Of a stretch of DNA of 64,000 bases, positions 58,891-64,000 are shown piece by piece. The notes below the pieces were generated by a model. The model worked only from the letters and a program-made list of their open reading frames with translations. It was not told the DNA's origin and ran no database searches. Position numbers and translations under genes: made by a program. Source of the DNA: Gracilinanus agilis. Its lineage: Eukaryota. Each line of letters opens with the position of its first letter. Position 1 is the stretch's first letter. The stretch is taken from contig NC_058134.1 of assembly GCF_016433145.1 (NCBI RefSeq), forward strand, positions 1,513,459 through 1,577,458, read 5' to 3'.

Positions 58891-59160
58891 GGCCCGAGAG
58901 CAGCTCGGAGGAAGGGGGGGGGAGGAAGGCCCGCGGGGCGGGACTTCCGATCACCCCCCGCCAACCCGGAACGACCTCGGCCGGAAGCAGATCCCGTTCC
59001 ACCGCAGCCTGCCGGGAAATTAGTTCTGGTTTCCTGGTGACATCGGGCGTCTCGGAACTTCCGGAACAGCGGGGTGGTGGGCCGCGATCACGCCCCGGAA
59101 GTGGTTTGAAGGAGGCGGGAACGCGGTCGGGCTAGGCACCGAGGTGCGGGGGCGGCAGGT
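58891..59160. promoter_or_regulatory. Bidirectional CpG-island promoter RPA3/UMAD1; probable UMAD1 non-coding exon 1 ends at 59143
   Basis: ETS/GABPA cores at 58943-58949, 58966-58971, 58981-58987, 59057-59066 and 59095-59102, an E2F-like GGCGGGAA at 59114-59121, and GAG|gtgcgg at 59144. Confidence 0.75.
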
Positions 59161-59862
59161 GTAGGACGCGCCTCGGAGGACTGGAAGGTGGGGAAGGTGG
59201 GGCCTCTAGCTCTTACGCGATCCCCCCCTTGGGGGCGGAGCCAAGCTTTGGGAGGGGCGGAGCTGTCCTTCCCGTTTTACAGATGGACAAATTGAGGCCG
59301 AGGAGAGGCCCTCTCCGGTCTTTGGTCACCGTGGCCTCAGCAAGTGCTCCAATCCTACAGCAGGGGAAACTGAGGCCGCGGTGGTAACAGGTTTTTCCGC
59401 TGCAGAGCCTAGCCTTGACCTTTTGCCCCAGCCTCCTGGTAACTCACAGGCGTGATGGGGAGGGGAGGGAGAGTGCGCACATCAGTTTGGGTAAGCGCCT
59501 GATGCTCCCCACAGAGGGAGCCCTGGGGCGTCTCCTGGCCCCCCCCCTCCCCGTGCCCGGCACCCTGCGGCGCAGCCCCTCTCGGTTTACAGATGAGTAG
59601 ACTGAGGCAGCCCGAGGCCGCAGGGCACCGGGTTAGTGACACGGGTCACTCCGCTTCAGAGGTGACCTCAGCACTGTAGGATTTTGGACAGGGAGACCTC
59701 CCCCCTCGCCCCCCCCCCACCTCCGGCCCTCAGGCGCCCCCCATGTGTGCCTCAATCGGAGCTGTGATTGGAGTCTGAGAACCAGTAGGCGTCTTCTGTC
59801 ACGTGACCTGTCTGTCTCTTGTCTATCTCTTCAGAGGACCGCAGGACAGGAGGTGGCCAGCT

Positions 59863-59950
59863 ATGTTCCACTTCTTCCGGAAGTCCGTGGAGTCTAAGAA
59901 GGGGCTGGGGCCGGGGCCTGAGAGAGAAGCAGACGGCTTTGTCCTTTTGG
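59863..59950 (+). CDS. UMAD1: UBAP1-MVB12-associated domain containing 1, first coding exon (exon 59835-59950)
   Basis: MFHFFRKSVESKKGLGPGPEREADGFVLLG matches human MFHFFRKPPESKK...EADGFVLLG as recalled. Acceptor tcttcag| and donor G|gtgagg are present. I did not identify later exons in the window. Confidence 0.93.
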
Positions 59951-62029
59951 GTGAGGCTTTGGGACCCGGGGCCAGAGGGAGGCTGTTTGGGTGGGCTTGT
60001 CAAGATGCCCCAGATTTGGGGTGTAAAGTCTGGACGTTCTGGAGCTGAGGCTGAGGCCTAGAACATCCTGGTGGAACTCTAGGGCGGACCTTAAGGTAGG
60101 TCCTGGGCAGTGGCAGTGGCAGTGGCAGGAGTCTGGAGGGCCATGCTTCCAGTCTGGCCATGAGATCCTTCTGCCTTGGCATCAGTGCCAGGAGGGCCAG
60201 AGGGGGCCCCAACTCCAACAGGGAGGTAATGGATTCACCCCAAAGTGGGATCTTCCCAGGTCTTCAGAACCCTGGATGGGCCTTATTGATCCCATCTCAC
60301 AGAGAGCCACCCCAGCAGCTGTGACTGACGGGAGGGGGCAGTGCAGGGGTGCCCAGAATTGATGCAAGGTGCCCAGTCTGGGCGTGAGGCACTCACACTG
60401 GACACGAGCCACCCAGACCGGGCATGAGGTGCTCAAACCAGACACTAGGTGTCCAGACTGTACACAAGGCACTCAGACTGGGCACAGTATACCCAGAATG
60501 GATGTGGAGGTGCCAAGAGGATCTGTACAAGAGAAAGTTAGCTGTGGTGGTCCTGGGGAGAGAGCAGTTTAGCAGCTAGAGGGCAGGGGGCTGGCTGTGC
60601 AGAGGAGCCCAGACCGGATACAAGGTGCCAAGAGGATCTGCAGAAGAGGAGGGAGAAGGCTGGCACTCATGGGAGGGCTTTCAGAGCCCCCCTAAGTGTT
60701 GGTGGCACTGGGGAGAGAGGCTCGGCTAGCGAGACCATCCGGCTACCCCATGCTGAGGGGCTCTCAGCATCCCCAGGGAGAAGTTCCTTGGCCCCTTTAC
60801 TTTAGACCCTTTTTCTCATGGGAGAGGCCAGCCCGGAAGTCCCATTTCTGGGTGGGCCTCAGCTGTTTCTCTGCACTCTGTGCTGGCAGTTCAAGCTCCA
60901 GCCCCCCACCCCGAGCAAGAATGAGTCCAAGGGTGCCCCCACCCCACTATTCTCACTAGGGGATCATTCTTGGTCCTTTGGACCTCCTCTCTCTGACTAG
61001 AGAGGCCTTGAGTGACAGACTCAGAGCAAACTCCCGCCCTAAGGCCTAGCCTACCCTGGGCTTCTATAGCCTACAGCAGGGGTCGGCTCTTGAGCCATAT
61101 CTGGCTCCACCTCCTGCCGGGCAGAGCCCCAGGATGTGCCCCAGGGGGCCCTTCCGCCTCCATCCTCCTCCTTCCGCAGGCGTTTATGGCTCTCACGGCC
61201 AAAAAGGTTGCAGACCATTGGCCTACAGGGTGAAGGAAAAGCCAGGGTGAGGCCCCTTGGCTTGGTGTTTGTTCTGGTCAGTAGATTCAGCTGACTCGAG
61301 TTCAGATCTACCTCCAGCAGTCACCAGCTAGATGACCGTGAGCCTCAGTTTCTCCTAACTAGGAGGCACAGAAGTTGGTGGCAGCCTTGCTTCCCAAAGC
61401 TGTTTACTCCCATGTCTCTGGATGGATGGCGAGAGTCCTTTAGTAACCTCTGGCATTACTCTTCCAGACTCTGGCCTGGGCAGCTCCTCAGACCACTCAC
61501 CTCGCTACCAGAGAGTGGCAGGGGCTGCAGGGGTGATCCCATTCCCTCCCCCCGGTGAGCTGCTCCACAGCCTGTGCCCCCCTGACTCTCCTCTGTGTCC
61601 TCCTGCCTTCATTATTTCACCAGAAAGCCCCGATGAGGTCTAAGAGGCCAGACATCCCACCCTGCCCTTGTTAAAGGAGGAAGCCAAGGTGAGGAAAGGG
61701 TCCTCAGACTCTGCTGCCTCCTCAGTGGCCCCTTCTGGATTGTGCCCAGGTGAGCCTCCCTCCAGGAGACCTGGAGAGGCTGGGCTTCTGGAGGGAAGAG
61801 GCTTGAGGCTCAGAAGACTTGTCAGGGGTCCAGAATCATCCGGGCAAAAGGTCCTGAGGGCCCTATCTGGCTGAGGAATGAGAAGAGGTTGGGCTCCACC
61901 AACAGTATGCATGGAGATTTGGCAACTGATTGGATGGGGGCAGGGGCAGGGATGGCCCCAAGGTTGTGAACCCCTTACCCCAGCAGGATGGTGGCCTCGT
62001 CAGAAGCAGGGACGTTCAATAGACGAGGC

Positions 62030-62470
62030 TTTGAGACACTGAACTTGAAGTGTAGAGCTCAGAGCAGAGCTGTGAGTCTACTGTGTAGAGATGATAGTAG
62101 ATGATTAAGAAAGAAGAGAGAGCCCAGGACAGAGCTTTGGGCGACCCCCATGGTTAGTGTGGAAGAAACCCCACAGAAGAGACAGAAATGAGAGAACCAG
62201 GAGAGAGCTGTGTCTCCCAGCGTCCAGGAGGAGAGGATCATTGACTAAAGAGAGGCCAGGATGGACAAGAATGGGAAGAAGACCGTGTCTTGGACAATTA
62301 AGAGGGCAGCCGGCAGCCAGGAGAGAGCCGAGCAGCCAGATGACCGAGCAGGGAGAGCAGAGGAATCGGGGGCAGCCAGGACTTTGGCTAAGAAATGGAG
62401 GAGAGATCCAGGAAGATCCAGGAAAGCCTGGTGGGGTTGAGGGAGGGTTTTCTAATGTTGCAGGCTTGTC
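62030..62470. mobile_element. L2 remnant
   Basis: gaagagagagcccaggacagagctttgggcgaccccc and the neighbouring purine-rich sequence are typical of antisense L2. Confidence 0.65.
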
Positions 62471-62874
62471 TAAGAACACACTCGTGTGAGGGGACAGCAC
62501 TTTGGTGTGACCCGGTTTGAGGCCTAGCTCTGCCATCTCCTGGCCCAGTGACCTCGGGGCAAATGGCCTAACATATTTTGAGCCTGTTTCCTTATCAGTC
62601 AAATGGGGGGTTCTGGATTTGCCCTGCCTGCCCCTCCAAGGTCCTCCTGAGTAAAGTGCTTTGTAAAGCTTCCAACATAGTCCTGTCTCCAGGCTCCCAT
62701 CTCACTGAATCTCTATCAGATCTCCTTGAGGCTGAGAATCAGAGACCGAAGAGCGGACCAGAAAGGAGGGACACCTGGAAGATTCCCCAGAATCTTTGAG
62801 AGCTCGTAAACTCCATTTGGATTTGGCAGGACAAATTTGCACGGGTTCAGCTCTACCTGTTTAACACAACTAAA

Positions 62875-63110
62875 ACTTTTTTAAAAGAATTTTTATTGGT
62901 TAATTTAGAATATTTTTCCATAGTCACGTGATTCGTGTTCTCCCCCTCCCAGAGCCCACGAGCAATTCCACTGGGTTTTACATGTGTCATTGAGCAAGAC
63001 CTATTTCTGTATTATTCATATTTGCACTGGGGTGATCGCTTAGAGTCTGCATTCCCAATCATACACCCATCGCCCCATGGGATCAATGATACGCTTCTCT
63101 TCTGCGCACA
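62875..63110 (-). mobile_element. L1 3' tail fragment
   Basis: ttttattggttaatttagaatattttcc...gagcaattccactggg...caagacctatttc...atttgca is a marsupial L1 3' end. Confidence 0.8.
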
Positions 63111-64000
63111 ACTACAGCTTTGACCCAAGGAGCCCGTCAGCATTGTCTGCCCAGGCCAAGGAGGACTGCTGGGTGCTGGAAAGGTCCCCAGCTCAGGGAC
63201 TGCCTCACCATCCCCAAACTCCCTTTTGGCAACTTGGGTAAATTTCATTTGGAGTCACTTTCATTTGACCATCTTTGCAAATGACGTTTTTCCCAGAATG
63301 ACTTGCAGGATTCACATGGGAGAGTGAGAGTGGGCATTCCTACTCTGCATAAGGGGCTATCTTGGTTCTCAGTGCCGATCTTGACAGAGAGCACAGCAGT
63401 TTGGAACGACATTCTCTCTTCAGTAGCCGTCCGTAGGCCTCTACATTCGAGGGCCTCCCTGGGCCCCCTGTCAAACTTGAATAAGCAATGCTGTCTCCAG
63501 ACCTGGGGGAATGCCTCCCCACTTCTTCCAGAGCTTTGGGGTTTTGTGCCAGAAAGGACCCACTTCTTAGCCCAGGGCTAAAAGCCTCTTCCCCGACAGG
63601 GAATCACTGGGTGGGGTTGAGTTGGTGTTCCTGGGAGTGTGGTCTGGATGAAAGGATTATACTGCTGAGAGAAGGAGGCATTTACCCATTTCTTTGGTGA
63701 TCGCCTTCTAAGCCTTCTTCCCTGATGATTTTCCCCTTTACATTTCACTCTGTGCGCATGTGCCTAACCTATTCTGTAGCTCTTCGCAAAGACTGCTTTT
63801 CTTCAGAGGCGAAAAATAAGACAGCTGAGCAATCTGTTCTTGTCGTTTGCATATGTAAGAAATGTCAGTGAAGACACTTCTGTGAGCAAAATCATTTTTT
63901 TAGCTTTCCTTTTGAAGCCAGTTTTGGAAACTGGAAACTCCGAGAAACACTGGTACAGTTCGAACCATCAGAGTAATCAGAAAATAATACTTTAATCCTG

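Noticed and set aside
63790-63860. Possible UMAD1 downstream exon (cttcag|AG...AT|gtaaga)
   Set aside because: The translation does not resemble the next human UMAD1 exon as I recall it, so it cannot be supported.
1-64000. Prokaryotic-type systems (CRISPR arrays, operons, defence islands), rRNA or tRNA genes
   Set aside because: The sequence is spliced mammalian DNA. The tandem repeats lack unique spacers, and the tRNA-like heads belong to SINEs.

Overview
This is vertebrate, almost certainly marsupial (didelphid/opossum-like SINE content), genomic DNA. It is very GC-rich and has three N-gaps. It reproduces the human 7p21 gene order and strands: C1GALT1 (+, last two coding exons), a roughly 40 kb interval, MIOS (+, complete 880-aa CDS in 10 coding exons, including an AT-AC U12 intron), RPA3 (-, complete 121 aa in 4 exons) and the first coding exon of UMAD1 (+) behind a shared bidirectional promoter. 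The main unexpected result is in the C1GALT1-MIOS interval, where other tetrapods have COL28A1 on the minus strand. There is no intact gene here, but there is a collinear series of minus-strand Gly-X-Y exon remnants matching successive COL28A1 exons. One 69-bp exon is intact and several others carry frameshifting indels while keeping splice sites, which suggests a unitary COL28A1 pseudogene. The interval also holds decayed L1, ERV (pol, possibly gag/env), a solo LTR, a hAT MITE, SINEs and minisatellites. Nearly all other ORFs in the supplied track are by-products of high GC content and repeats. Homology calls rely on my recollection of the human proteins, not on database searches. I found no evidence of a novel multi-gene system.
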